A DNA stretch of 64,000 bases from Octopus vulgaris. Taxonomy: Eukaryota. Shown here piece by piece: positions 43,417 through 57,756 of this stretch. The stretch is from assembly GCA_951406725.2 (NCBI GenBank), contig OX597832.1, forward strand, positions 23,126,001 to 23,190,000, written 5' to 3'. The stretch's first letter is position 1. The number at the start of each line of letters is the position of its first letter. The notes beneath the pieces were generated by a model. The model saw only the letters and a program-made list of their open reading frames with translations. It did not search any database and was not told the DNA's origin. The position numbers were made by a program, and so were the translations under genes.

Positions 43417-44037
43417 TTGATTTTGCCTGTCTTTAAAACGGGCTATAAGTATTGTTTGGTTGGTTAAATAAATAAGAGCCATATTATATTAGTAGATATA
43501 AATTTTCTCGACCATCACTAAAATTTTTTTTTTAAATATCCCTCAGCTCGATAAACGTCTCATTTCAATGACACTAACATGTAACGTAGGAAATAGTAAA
43601 ACGTTGACAATGCAAGAAAGGTATGTTATTCAAAATGAATCCATGAGTTTCTTCAAGCTGCTAAGAGAGCGAGAGAGAAGCTGAAGAATTCAAGGATAAA
43701 GATGAAAATAAATCCGGGAGCCTAAATAATTATAAAATGTATATTGGGAATTTTTTCAAAATACTTCTAAAAAATTATTATTCTAAAATTTTGGAAGTAA
43801 AAAATGGGGAACTTTTCAAAATACTTCTAAAATTAATTATTGTTGAAGTCCTACGATCTGCTTCGAAGTTTTATGAAACCGGTCGCATGATCGAACAATT
43901 TCACACGAAGGCCTTATATTGAAACTGAAACAACTACAGCGCATGAGATCCCATGTAACTGAGGCCGTGGATGTAGTAGAAACAGCAGCCACGTTGTGTA
44001 CATCATTGTGCTGCAATAAAACTAGCTTTTTCTGTTA

Positions 44038-44664
44038 CAGTAATCACTCATCATGTCGCATTTCACCTATCGCGGTTCACCTATCGCGGTTTATTATTTA
44101 AGCGTACGGTCGATTCCTCCGTGGTTCTGTTTCGCATTTATAATGAAACTAATATATACATATTATACTCTTTTACTCTTTTACTTGTTTGAGTCATTTG
44201 ACTGTGGCCATGCTGGAGCACCGCCTTTAATCCAGCAAATCGACTAATACTTACACTATCGGTCTTTTTTGTCGAACCGCTAAGTTACGGGGACTTAAAC
44301 ACACCAGCATCGGTTGTCAAGCGATATTGGGGGGGGGACAGACACACAAACACATACACTCACACACATATACATACATATATACGACGACCTTCTTTCA
44401 GTTTCCGTCTACCAAATCCACTCACAGGACTTTTGTCTGCCCGAGGTTATAGTAGTAGAAGATAATTTCCCAAGGTGGCACGCAGTGGGAATGAACCCGT
44501 AACCATGTGGTTGGTAAGCAAGCTACTTACCACACAGCCACCCCTACACCTATATACATAATTTTTAAAATATACAGCACAGTACTGTTTCTACTTCACG
44601 AATTTTCACCTATCGCGGGGTGTGGATGTTGAACGTAGCACCCGTGATAGTCGAGGGATTGCTG
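44038..44664. mobile_element. Tigger/pogo-like MITE interrupted by a SINE
   Basis: TA|CAGTAATCACTC ... GAGGGATTGCTG|TA ends and repeated subterminal TTCACCTATCGCGG; SINE A at 44166-44551 inside. Confidence 0.6.
44166..44551 (-). mobile_element. SINE family A
   Basis: Diverged full-span copy. Confidence 0.85.
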
Positions 44665-46091
44665 TATACCAGTAATGCAACGAACATTCTCAAAATCCTC
44701 ATTGTAAACAATTCCTAAATGGGAGAAGATGATTATTTTGCTTGCCAAGATGTGAGATTTAACGACAGAAGGAGCATCTGGCTGTAAACTATCTACCACA
44801 ACCAATTTCTCTTCTTCCAGACAAGCATGGAAGCGTAGATACTGAACCGATAAAGATGACCATTTTAATTTACATATGTGAAATTTGAATAGTGGGATTT
44901 TAGCGTAATTTCGTAAAGATTTCTTCTTTTTTTTCCACTTATAAAACGAAAGTTGTAAACAAGTCATATACAATATGGTTGACATGTAAAGGATGTACAT
45001 ACGAGTGCTAAAGCAAGTAGGTAAAAAAACTATTATCCATTATCTTCTTCGGTTTAAAATAAAACAAATCAAAAATAAGATACTTAGTAACTCAAACCTG
45101 TAAAAAACGATAAATCTTTCTTAAATTACGCCATTGCACCTATAAAAGCGAAGGGCACGTTGTAGTATATTGTGTTAGATACAGAGATATTAGATACACC
45201 TGGAATGCTTTTGATAAGAATTGTTCTCGATAAGAGCTGGCAATAAACAACAACAACAAGAAGAAAAAACAATGAAAACTGCAATATCCTCCTGTTGAGA
45301 ATCACTTCATGAAATGTAACAAATCGATTAACAATATAGGTGCAAATCACACCTAGGAAATACGATTGAATTTTGACAGCTAATATCTTAAACTAAGGCA
45401 GCTGCAAATTTCATTCCTTTCTCTTGTAGTAAATCATTTTGAGATTTTCTCAGAAATAATGGCTCTTAATGACTCCAACAGCTATGTACATTTTATCTGT
45501 TATTTATGTAAATTAACATCTACGTTGGCTTAAAATGTAATATCTACAAACTTAATGCTGGTTGTGTGGACGTATGTATTTACCTAGATTTAACCGGCAT
45601 GCGATGATGACGTAACATCGTGTACCATGTTTTAGCAAAATCATTTGTTTGCCTATGTAAAGGTGAGATAACACAGGGACGCTTTGGTCCCTCCACTGCT
45701 TGGCTGGGTGTTATATTAATGATGTGTGCGATAGTTGGACAGAAGGCTTCGCCAGCACTCGATTGATTCAAGTTTCTAGCTAAGTGAACTAGAGGTACGG
45801 TTTATGAAGTACCTTGCTCAAGGTCACAATGCTATGCCCGGTCAACGAATCGAGCCCACGACCTAGTGATCCCGAGTTCAAAATCTTCGTTGACTAGGAC
45901 CCCGCCACACACACACACAAACACACCAGCCTAGATGTCTTTCATCAAATTTACTTGGAATTGCATTGCTTCTAGTTTCACAAACGAAGAAAATATCCTG
46001 CTCTTCCAACATTTCATTCTGAGTGGTTACATAGGCCCAGTCGGAGCGCCCAATGGTGAAAGACATCGTCGTATGCGACGGAGTGCCAGTT

Positions 46092-46176
<85 letters not shown>

Positions 46177-46255
46177 AATATTAGGGAATAAATCCAAATT
46201 TACAGGGAAAAAATCAGATTTAGGATTAAATCCAATTTTATAGTAAAATATTAAA

Positions 46256-46563
46256 TAATATTAATTAGAGACAAAACCACTATTTTGCAAAACAAACAAG
46301 GAAAGACTTAATCAATACATAAAATTTTAATAAAAAGTAAAAAAACCGCCACTACAATTGTTTCATGTCTAATGACAATCTTCAGGTGGACTTCCGATTT
46401 TCAAATCAAATCAGTTTCAATTTATAGGAAATCCACCTGAAGATTGTCATTAGACATGAAACAATTGTAGTGGCGGTTTTTTTACTTTTTATTAAAATTT
46501 TATGTATTGATTAAGTCTTTCCTTGTTTGTTTTGCAAAATAGTGGTTTTGTCTCTAATTAATA

Positions 46564-46566
<3 letters not shown>
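46256..46566. repeat. 135 bp inverted repeat with an intact HHR on each strand
   Basis: Arms 46256-46390 and 46432-46566, identical by eye. HHR (+) at 46433-46473: CCAC CUGAAGA U UGUC AUUA GACA U GAA ACAAUUGU A GUGG; mirror (-) at 46349-46389. Confidence 0.9.
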
Positions 46567-46623
<57 letters not shown>

Positions 46624-46624
46624 T

Positions 46625-47089
46625 TTATAAAAAAAGAAGTTTGAAAACGCCACTATATAAGATAAATTTTAATTTTCTCAGAGGTTTTACATAGTTCGGT
46701 TCTTCCTGAAAAAACGAATCTTATCAAAAATATTTTAAACGGTTAAGTGTAATAAAAAAAAGTTCATAATTGTTTCTTACTAGTCTGAACAGAGTCCACG
46801 TGGTGCTATTTCGTGGTGGGGACTATTACGGCCAACTGTCACTTTCACGATTACAGCCAACGATTCTAGTCAACTACAAGACGTCCATTATGCTCCCACC
46901 AACAAAACGCCACCACGTTGACTCTGTTGAGACTAGTAAGAAACAATTATGAACTTTTTTATTACACTTCACTTTTAAAAATATTTTTGATAAGGTTCGT
47001 TTTTTCCAAGAAGAACCGAAACATGTAAAATCTGTGAGAAAATTAAAATTTATCTTATATAGTGGCGTTTTCAAACTTCTTTTTTATAA
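46625..47089. repeat. ~180-200 bp diverged inverted repeat with U3:A8 HHR variant
   Basis: Arms ~46625-46805 and ~46909-47089. HHR (+) at 46983-47031: AUUU UUGAUAA GGUUC...GAACC GAA ACAUGU A AAAU; the left arm carries the same UUGAUAA core. Confidence 0.8.
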
Positions 47090-47506
47090 CTATATACCCA
47101 CTCGTATGAAAACCACACTTTTTATAAACATATATATATATCTATATGTGTTTTTTTTATGTATGTATATAAATACATACGCATATTTGTTTCTTCTAGC
47201 ACTGGCGTTTTCTTGTAAGTTATAGTTGTACTATTCTCAACGGGAAGTAGAAATGAATTAGTAACACGAGAAGGGAAAACAAAGAATATATTTGTATTTG
47301 AATAGCAGCGACTTTACACCTACGCAACACATGAATATATTCAGTATAAATATATTCAGCATAAATACTACAATGTCTCTATAATATGATGACAACAATA
47401 TTTATTGTGATTTAATGTAATATTTTGTATAAATGTTAATATAATGTTTGTCATTATAAACCTCTTCTAAGAATAAACATGGAACAATTACAGCTGGTGT
47501 CACTAT

Positions 47507-47923
47507 AGGCGCAGGAGTGGCTGTGTGGTAAGTAGCTTCCTAACCAACCACATGGTTCTGGGTTCAGTCCCACTGTGTGGCACCTTGGGCAAGTGTCTTC
47601 TGCTATAGCCCCGGGCTGACCAATGCCTTGTGAGTGGATTTGGTAGATGGAAACTGAAAGAAGCCTGTCGTATATATATATATATATGTATGTATGTATG
47701 TGTGTGTGTTTGTGTGTCTGTGTTTGTCCCCCTAGCATTGCTTGGCAACCAATGCTGGTGTGTATTCGTCCCCGTCACTTAGCGGTTCGGCAAAAGAAAC
47801 CGATATAATAAGTACTGGGCTTACAAAGAATAAGTCCCGGGGTCGATTTGCTCGACTAAAGGCGGTGCTCCAGCATGGCCGCAGTCAAATGACTGAAACA
47901 AGTAAATGAGAAATGAGAATGAG
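47507..47923 (+). mobile_element. SINE family A
   Basis: Complete copy from AGGCGCAGGAG to a variant (AATGAGA)n tail. Confidence 0.9.
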
Positions 47924-48348
47924 ATACAAATATTAAATCGAATTTATTGTGAAGATGTAGTTGTTTGAGATTTATAAATATGGCCGTGAGATTAAACGTT
48001 TCTTTGCAAGCCTTGTGGTGTCAGGTTCATTTCAACTGTGCGGGCACCCTGCGTCTTTTGATAATTTTCCCCGGTTGACTTACGCCTTGTAAGTGAATTT
48101 AAATCAATAGAAACTAACAGATGGAAAATAACAAATGTCAAGTGGCATAGACCTAACGTCGAAAAAGCAAAGGGCGAGTCGTAAATACCCTCAGATCCTT
48201 TATACCATCCTTGACCTGAGCAGTCACCTTATGCATTGTCGCTCTCTGCACTCATCAAGATGAAAAGGCTCAATCAATGACTACATATCTAATAGACATC
48301 AAATATTTAGATACGTGCTAATGCCGATTTGAACAAAAGATATATATA

Positions 48349-48504
<156 letters not shown>

Positions 48505-48542
48505 TATATATATACGTTTATATATATATACATATATATATG

Positions 48543-48614
<72 letters not shown>

Positions 48615-48617
48615 TGT

Positions 48618-48795
48618 ATTTTTTCCCTCTGTCCTCCCTTCTCTGGATCTTACCTTCTCCTATGTTTCCGACGAAGAGCTCCGCTCGAAACGTTAAACCC
48701 TCCTTCTTCCCTTTCTTCCTGAGCGTCCAATAATACTATATTAGTTCCACGTCCTCACGTTGTTGTGTTTTTTTGTGCTTTCTTGTTTCGATTAA

Positions 48796-48797
<2 letters not shown>
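48618..48797 (+). mobile_element. Family D HHR unit, 5' truncated
   Basis: HHR at 48664-48698 identical to 63758-63792; embedded in long (TA)n. Confidence 0.75.
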
Positions 48798-48863
<66 letters not shown>

Positions 48864-49501
48864 ATACACGCATACATGCAGCATACATACAGACATATAT
48901 ATATATATACATATGTGCATGTGTCTGTGTTTTGTCTCCAACGCTTGATAGCCGCCGTTGACTTGTTTATGTGTTCGTAAATGAACGGTTCGGCAAAAGA
49001 AAATAAGGGCTTAGTTACAATAAATTAGTAGTGGCATTCTGTCGAGGCGATGCGGAGGATAGCTGTAATCCAATGATTAAAACAAGTAAACTATATATAA
49101 GGCAACCATTACGAAACAGAAACAGATAGGTTTACTGCACAACGGCGATTAGAAAATAGAAATAATGCAGAAATTGATTGAAGAAAACAACTCGAATGTA
49201 AACTAAAAAGGAGATTAGAAAATGATACGCTAAGAAAGGCATTAACAAGAAAAACTTGTTGAGGGATTAAGCACAATGTAAGAGATCAAAGAAACTTGTG
49301 AAAAATACCTGGGAAGCTTTGAGAAGTACCAGAGACAACTAAGGAATTAAAATGAATGCAGGTGAATATAAAAACGCATGTTCAGAATATGTTGACGGTG
49401 TGAAGAGGAAATCAACGTCATTGTCTCTGGCCTGTCAGAAATAGAGGGACGGATCGCCTTGCGTTAGTTCTCTCCCGTGATAGACATTAATGCGACTGTC
49501 A

Positions 49502-50486
49502 AGGCGGCGAGCTGGCAGAAACGTTAGCACGCCGGGCGAAATGAGTAGCGGTTTTACGTCTGCCGTTACGTTCTGAGTTCAAATTCCGCCGAGGTCGACT
49601 TTGCCTTTCATCCTTTCAGGGTCGATAAATTAAGTACCAGTTGCGCACTGAGGTCGATGTAATCGACTTAATCCGTTTGCCTGTCCTCGTTTGTCCCCTC
49701 TGTGTTTAGCCCCTTGTGGGTAATAAAGAAATAGGTATTACGTCTGCCGCTACGTTCTGAGTTCAAATTCCGCCGAGGTCGACTTTGCCTTTCATCCTTT
49801 CGGGGTCGATAAATTAAGTACCAGTTGCGCACTGGTGTCGATGTAATCGACTTAATCCATTTGTTTGTCCTCTTTGTCCTCTCTGTGTTTAGCCCCTTCT
49901 GGGTAGTAAAGAAATAGGTATTTCAAATTGAATCCCCGAGATTTTTCATGTCGGTCAAATAGTTTTTAGTCCAGGGTCTTAATCTAAAATTGTCCAAATA
50001 GGTCTGTGATGCAACAACATGCAGAATAGTGTTTTATATATTGTCAATCAATATCTTGAATAATTCATGACTTGAAATTGTTACGGATAAAGTAACAAAT
50101 ATTCTTTTCTACTCTAGGCACAAGGACCGAAATTTTGGAAGAGGGGTCTAGTCGATTAGTGCAACTGGCACTTAATTTATCGACCCGAAAGGATGAAAGG
50201 CAAAGTCGACTTCTGTGGAATTTGAACTCAGAACGCAAAGACAGACGAAATACCTATTTCTTTACTACCCACAAGGATTAAACACAGAGAGGACAAACAA
50301 GGACAGACAAACGGTATAAGTCGATTATATCGACCCCAGTGCGTAACTGGTACTTAATTTATCGACCCTGAAAGGATGAAAGGCAAAGTCGACCTCGGCG
50401 GAATTTGAACTCAGAACGTAACGGCGGACGAAATACCACAAAGCATTTCGCCCGGCGTACTAATGTCTCTGCCAGCTCGCCGCCTT
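49502..50486. mobile_element. Two SINE family B dimers in inverted orientation
   Basis: 49502-49923 (+) and 50103-50486 (-). Confidence 0.85.
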
Positions 50487-51306
50487 GGGTAGGTAACAAA
50501 TATTGTTTTCCTGACTGCAACACTTTATTCAGCACATCAAACATAAATACACACACGCACACACACATATTCTCTCTTACATACAAAGCATACATACATA
50601 AACACACAAACATTCATTGTATTGTTTTACACTCGCTTCATTCAGTGTTCAGACATGAGCAGAATATTGGTTAGTTGAAATATATTTCTTAGATATTTCA
50701 ACTGCTAAAATGCAAACACAACAGCAGTTACTGTAGGGAATATATCTCTCTTATGGTAAGAAGGGGTGAAAACACCCGGTTCGTGAAAACACCTCCTAAC
50801 CATAATAGAGATATATTTTACCATAAGGAAGATATATTCAGCAAGGAAACTGCAGCGCATTAGCCTTTTTATCAGTTGAAATATATGACAAATATGTTCC
50901 AACTTATCTAAATTCTCTTCATGCCTAAACACCGCTTAGCACTAACACTTCGTAATTTTCCTTGAACGGGTGATCTTCTAGCGCAAATGAATCAACGTTT
51001 TGACCAAATCATATATAAAGCTATGGCTTTATAATTTCGTTCAGAGTTGCTTCTCTTAGGTATATCTCATCGACAACTGAGAAGAAGCTTGAGACATCGA
51101 TGTCTGGGATTCCTCTTAGATAGCGACACTGAACGAACCGGGTGTTTTCACACATTTTTTACTATAAAGCGTATATATATTCTCCATGGCAATTGTAGTG
51201 TGTTTGCTTTTTAGCAGTTAAAATATGCCACGAACATTTTAACAGACGTAAATTCTGCTCGTATATGTGTGAATGTGTATGTGTGTGTATGTATAGATAT
51301 ATATAT

Positions 51307-51727
51307 AGACGCTGGAGTGGCTGTGTGGTAAGTAGCATGTTTACCAACCACATGGTTCCGGGTTCAGTCTACGTGGTACATTGGGCAAGTGTCTTCTACT
51401 ATAGCCTCGGGCCGACCAAAGCCTTGTGAGTGGATTTGGTAGACGGAAACTGAAAGAAGTCCTTCGTATATATGTCTATATATATATATGTATGCGTGTG
51501 TGTGTTTGTATGTTTGTGTTTGTCCCCCTAGCATTGCTTGACAACCGATGCTGGTGTGTTTATATCCCCGTTACTTAGCGGTTCGGCAAAAGAGACGACC
51601 GATAGAATAAGTACTGGGCTTACAAAAGAATAAGTCCCGGGGTCGAGTTGCTCGATTGAAAGGCGGTGCTCCAGCATGGCCGCAGTCAAATGACTGAAAC
51701 AAGTAAAAAAGTAAAAGAGAAAAGAGA
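51307..51727 (+). mobile_element. SINE family A
   Basis: Complete copy. Further partial or degenerate copies at 53354-53624, 27330-27575, 28130-28285, 54845-54965 and 58310-58475. Confidence 0.9.
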
Positions 51728-52119
51728 GAGTTAGATGTGTGTGTGTGTTCAAAAATGGTGACAGGTTGGATCCACATGGGCTTTTATTTCTCAATTTTTT
51801 TAATCTCCGTTCTTTTATATCCTTGTCTCTCCTCTTAAGAAGAGGAATAAATGTTCGAAATATAAAAGACGTTTCCCTAATTTTTGTCCCTGTATCTGTT
51901 TTTTTTTCTCTTTTCCATCTTTGTCTTGTATCATTACAACAGACACACTCGCCCGCTTACACTTTTCCGGGAGCGCGCTGACACACAGGCCCACACACAC
52001 ACACACATATATAAATGTATATAAATATATAACTCTGTGTATATGTATATGTATGCTCATACATGTACATACCTACACACACAAATGCCTATACATATAT
52101 ACATATATATCTATATCTA

Positions 52120-52164
<45 letters not shown>

Positions 52165-52207
52165 GTATATATATACAAATATGATATGTATATACATGTA
52201 TGTACGA

Positions 52208-52270
<63 letters not shown>

Positions 52271-53571
52271 CATATGTATATATATATACATATATATATA
52301 TATACATACACATATATGTACAATGTATATATATATATATAGTGGAAGAAGTAAGAAGAATTTGATAACAATGCCTATGCCATACAAACACCACGTTTTT
52401 GTAAGCCGTATACCCCTGCTAACCCCTACACAATAAGTATGCGTGTATGTGCGCGCATGTGTGTGTCCGCGCATGTGTGTATCCGCGCATGTGTGTGTCC
52501 GCGCGTGTGTGTGTGTGTGTGTGCGCGTGTGTGTTTGTGTACGTCGGTGTTTAATGCAGCACAATATAGAATGTATGAATTAATTAAGAGGATATCTCTA
52601 GATCTGCAGTAAAGGAATTTCTTATTAAATTCTTTACAGAAAGAATTTTGGTCACACAATAATGAGATCGCGAACTTGACCCACCCTTGCCCTAAGAACT
52701 ACGGTCCTGTCAAAACAAACCGTGATCGCCTATGGAGACAATCTATATGTCAATCAATAAGTAGAAGAAAAAAATATGCAATGTATAATTATTTCGAGTA
52801 AACTTAAGAATATTTCCGACGAGGTCGGTCATACGAAACAAACAAGAATACAGACAGACAGGCAGACAGACAAGCGGGAAAGGCAGACGGGCGTATACAT
52901 ACATACACAAAGTATATATATATATAGGTTAAAAACCCACATAAACAGACGCTCAAAGTGGTAGACACACACACATAGAGAGGCGGACACAGAGAGACAG
53001 ATACACAGAGTAAACGTACAGAAAGAGAGAGAGAGAGAGAGGCTGACGATGCACATATATAGCAAACACACACAGACACTCACACACATATACACACATA
53101 ACCAAACGGTAGCCACAAATAGTCAGACACAGGCACAGTGTCACACACACACACGCGCGCGCCGCACACACTAATCCGTATATATTATTATATTATTTTA
53201 GTATATCATTTGAATGTTTTGCAGCATTGTATAATTGGCGCGCTGCCTTCTAGGGTTTTACTTAAACCTAGAAAGATAGACAGTGATTGATAGATCCCTT
53301 GATAGATAGAGAGATGTAAATATATACATACATATGTATATGTATATATATATACTCTTTTACTCTTTTACTCTTTTACTTGTTTCAGTCATTTGACTGC
53401 GGCCATACTGGAGCACCGCCTTTAGTCGAGCAAATCGACCCCGGGATTTATTCTTTGTAAGCCCAGTACTTATTCTATCGGTCTCTTTTGCCGAACCGCT
53501 AAATGACGGGGACGTAAACACACCAGCATCGGTTGTCAAGCAATGCTAGGGGGACAAACACAGACACACAA

Positions 53572-53602
<31 letters not shown>

Positions 53603-53806
53603 CATATACATATACGACAGGCTTATTAGTATGTCTGCAGATGTCTGACTAGCAAGGTGAAGCGGCTGACCACCCCTGTTCGAAGGTTGTAATGGACGCA
53701 AGTTCGCGTGTCATATAGCTAGCTAGAGGCGGTGGCCTCTTGGAGCTAATCAGCGACAGCTTTAGTCTTATATTTACAGACTGCCATATTAGTATGGCGA
53801 TAACTA

Positions 53807-53883
<77 letters not shown>

Positions 53884-53933
53884 ATGGTATTATCAAAATA
53901 CCATCACAAGTGGGAAGCGAATTATCATATATA

Positions 53934-54315
53934 TCTCTCTATATATAAACGGCAGTTTGTCTGTGCGTTTTCTGTGTGTCTGTTTTCTCGTACCCTCACT
54001 CTGACCACGGCTTTCAACCGATTCTGATGAAACTTGACACACATATAGCCCAATGTCATAATTCAAAACTAACGCAGCGAAAATTTTGAAAAGTTCCCCC
54101 AGTTCTGAAAAAATCGATAAATTCGACATGGGGTCGAGAATCAGAAACCCAAACCACAGACCGTCTAGGGGACGCAACTCCACCTTTTTTAACTCTAAAA
54201 AAAAATTTACCATCATTTTTTTTCCATTTTTTTGCTATTTTCTGGCTATAACTCTCTAAAAATGCTTTATAGTTATTTCCCTTACAAACCTGAGCAACGC
54301 CGGGCGATACTGCTA

Positions 54316-54316
<1 letters not shown>
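53934..54316 (+). mobile_element. Non-autonomous Helitron
   Basis: TC...CTAG termini, same 3' ~130 bp and hairpin as 38503-38902, different 5' half. Confidence 0.85.
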
Positions 54317-54353
<37 letters not shown>

Positions 54354-55002
54354 GCACATACATATTTGTGAATGGATGCAAGCATGTATATATGCAGATA
54401 TGAAGAGCTCGTTTGTTGTAGAGATCAGAGAAATATAAAAAATTGAATTACAATTGAAAATTCAGTGTATGTTGTACTGGTATATATATATATGTTACGC
54501 TGGAAATCAATGATTCGTGTGAACTCAATTTTAAGAGAGTAATGAAATTACTCTTCAGGTTCATATGCGCTTCAGTCTGTGTTCGCTGAGTAGTATGTAT
54601 GCATATCTATATAATAATCATTTCATGTGAATGTGTTTGTGCGTGTGGTGCGAGTGTGTGTGTGTGTTTGTTTGTGTGCTTGTGTGTGTGTTCGTGTGTA
54701 TGCTCCTGTGCGCGTAGGTATGTATTGAGAGATTGCTATTTCAAATATTCGCACTTTATAGCATAACGGTTAATCGATGCTTGGAATGTTTATCCAAATT
54801 CCAATTGAATAACTCTTCCCTTCTATTTTGGAATTTTATGCATACAGGCACCAGCGTGGTATTTTGGTAACACGTTTCCGGATTTCGTCCCGCTGCGTGG
54901 CACCTTTGGCAAGTGTCTTCTTCTACAAAGGCTTGTGAGTGGATTTAGTAAACGGAAATTCAAAGGAAACATTCAAAACTACTAAAAAAAATAAACACGG
55001 TA

Positions 55003-55438
55003 GATTTGACTTTAAGAGTCCCTCCTAGCGTGTCGTATTCATGTATAGGAATACCATCAATATAAATAAGTATATTTAAGAAGAAAAATTCATGGATTTT
55101 TCCCTTATGAGGTTTTTCACGCTAACTAATTGATAAATTCTTATAAAGATTTTATCCTATTTTTAAATTGTAAATTTAACCGGAATATATTCAGTGCTGA
55201 ATTTATTTCGAATAAACACGTTGTACCGAGATGCAATTCGAAAAAGCCCGCCTTTTACATAGATGTGTAACGGTTGAACAATTCTATATGCTACGCTGGT
55301 ATGGTGATTTTTGTTCCTTTTTTTATATATCTTGAATTATGCTTACACTGAAGATTAAAAAGTGCATTTGTGCACTAATTATGAAATCATATATGCAGCT
55401 GAATTCTGTTTTTAAAATGCTTGCTTCGAGAGTTGCAT
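55003..55438 (+). mobile_element. Second, diverged copy of family F with degenerate HHR
   Basis: Colinear with the reverse complement of 4106-4645; CTGAAGA at 55348-55354 and GAAA at 55383-55386; 3' end cut by a SINE at 55441. Confidence 0.7.
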
Positions 55439-56120
55439 AGATATTTCGTCTATCTTTAATTCCTTTCTCTGTCCTTGTTTGTCCTCTCTGTGTTTAGCCC
55501 CTTGTGGGTAGTAAAGAAATAGGTATTTCGTCTGCCGTTACGTTCTGAGTTCAAATTCTGCCGAAGTCGACTTTGCCTTTCATTCTTTCGGGGTCGATAA
55601 ATCAAGTACCAGTTCCGCACTGGGGTTGATGTAATCAATTTAATCCATTTATCTGTCCTTGTTTGTCCTCTCTATGTTTATCCCCTTGTGGGTAATAAAG
55701 AAATTAGATATTACGATACGATATGAATCAGAACAATGCAACAGGCTAACACACGAGTTTCGATCTATATCGTTCGGTAAACAACAGAGACGTTGATGTT
55801 AGTCTCGAGAATAAGAAGGCCAGGTGCTTTACTGCTCTTTTCCTTGAACTGGCTTTTAAATGTGTATCAGAATAAATATCAAGGAAAGGCTATAATGTAT
55901 AAAATTAACTTCTGACATCCACACTTCTAAATGTGTTAAGCGTTGAAATAATGATTGAGTATGAAAAACAAAACTAAAATTAAATATTTATGTGAAAAAC
56001 AAAACGTGTTGATAAATGATTGGAGGAGACTGCAATCACCTGGACACAACGACATCTTAATACATTGTTTGAGAATAATTCATTGTCTGTAGTATTATTT
56101 CTTCGGTATATATATATATA

Positions 56121-56352
56121 AGGCGGCGAGCTGGCAGAAACGTTAGCACGCCGGGCGAAATGCTTAGCGGTATTTCGTCTGCCGTTACGTTGTGAGTTCA
56201 AATTCCGCCGAGGTCGACTTTGCCTTTCATCCTTTCGGGGTCGATAAATTAAGTACCAGTTACGCACTGGGGTCGATGTAATCGACTTAATACCTATGTC
56301 TGTCCTTGTTTGTCCCCTCTGTGTTTAGCCCCTTGTGGGTAATAATGAAATA
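56121..56352 (+). mobile_element. SINE family B monomer
   Basis: Flanked by GGTATATATATATAT on both sides. Other copies at 55441-55705, 20030-20290, 39642-39797, 12193-12383 and 12841-13031. Confidence 0.9.
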
Positions 56353-56354
56353 GG

Positions 56355-56387
<33 letters not shown>

Positions 56388-56628
56388 AAGTATGAGTATG
56401 TGTGTGTTCGTGAGTGTGAGTGTCTGTGTTGTTTGTATATGTCTGTTTACATATCGTTCTGTATTAATTCACACGTCTATGTGCCAGACAGCGATCTGTT
56501 TACGATTCTTCCATTTCTTTTCAGCTTTTTCAATTTACTATTCTCACTGTACTGTTAGCACATCGCGGTAAAGTCACATGCGCTAGCGTACAATCAACGT
56601 ATACGCACATCTCTACCCCTCTCTCTCT

Positions 56629-56685
<57 letters not shown>

Positions 56686-57562
56686 TGTAAGTATAAATAC
56701 ATATATATACATACATTAGTACACACATACACATGTATTGTTATATTTCGGGACGGTCATATATTTTTGCCAAATAAACACACGCACTATATATTGGTTC
56801 TTAACTTCAGGTATATTATTGTTCTTATTTTATGTCCTTTGTCTGGAAATCTTTCATCCCACATCTTGTGACCTCTTCGGCGGCTCTCCATCTCACGTCT
56901 CTTCACCTGTTCTTCTTTGTTCATTCTGTCTTTCTTTGGTGTGTATCATTATGTATATAAAGAAGAAGAGAGAGAAAGGAAGAAAAAAGGGAGAGAGATT
57001 ATAAATAAGGGCAATATTTTAGGTGGATTAGGGGAAACAGATTGACGAAGGAGCGGGCGGTAAAACTGATGATAGGAACATCATAAATTGTTTTTCATCA
57101 ACAATTTTCTTTTTCTTGCTTGCCATACATTTTGTTACATGTGTTTAGCTGTAAAACTAATCTGCTAAACATGTCGGTGGTACTTAAGCGTATGAGGAGG
57201 TGAGGGATTCAAAGAAGAAAACGTAGATGTTGTGTTTTTAAACGGTGATGATGGGGGTATGTTCCTCTTTGAAGTCAGTACCAAAACTTGACTTCACAGA
57301 AATTGTTTTTCGATACTGTTTTTTTTTTTTTAGAACAAATTTATGTGTTGGAGAAAAGACATCAGTTTTCGAGAGCAAAATATTAAAGTTGTAATTGAGA
57401 AAAAGTTAGCTGTCCTGAAGCACTGGAAGCCATTCTGAATATTAGAAAAAAAGTTACCTGTGTCATGAGAATTCGCGCCGGTAATCAAAATACCGACAAC
57501 ATGACTGTGACATGTAGGTATGTATGTATGTCACATACATATTGATATATACATCTATATAC

Positions 57563-57636
<74 letters not shown>

Positions 57637-57756
57637 CATTATATGAATCTATGGATTTGGAGATAAATATTAGAGAAACAGTTAGAAAAATAAATATAGA
57701 AAAAAATTATCACAAATATACTCTAAATAAATTATTTGTTTTTATCTCTGAACATT

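Noticed and set aside
44596-45000. 134 aa non-repetitive ORF
   Set aside because: No recognisable domain; overlaps a MITE end and is likely decayed transposon sequence.
52816-52840. CCGACGAG...GAAAC HHR-like string; similar strings at ~34725-34746 and ~25780-25815
   Set aside because: Helix II is 2 bp or absent, or the core is missing, and there is no helix I.
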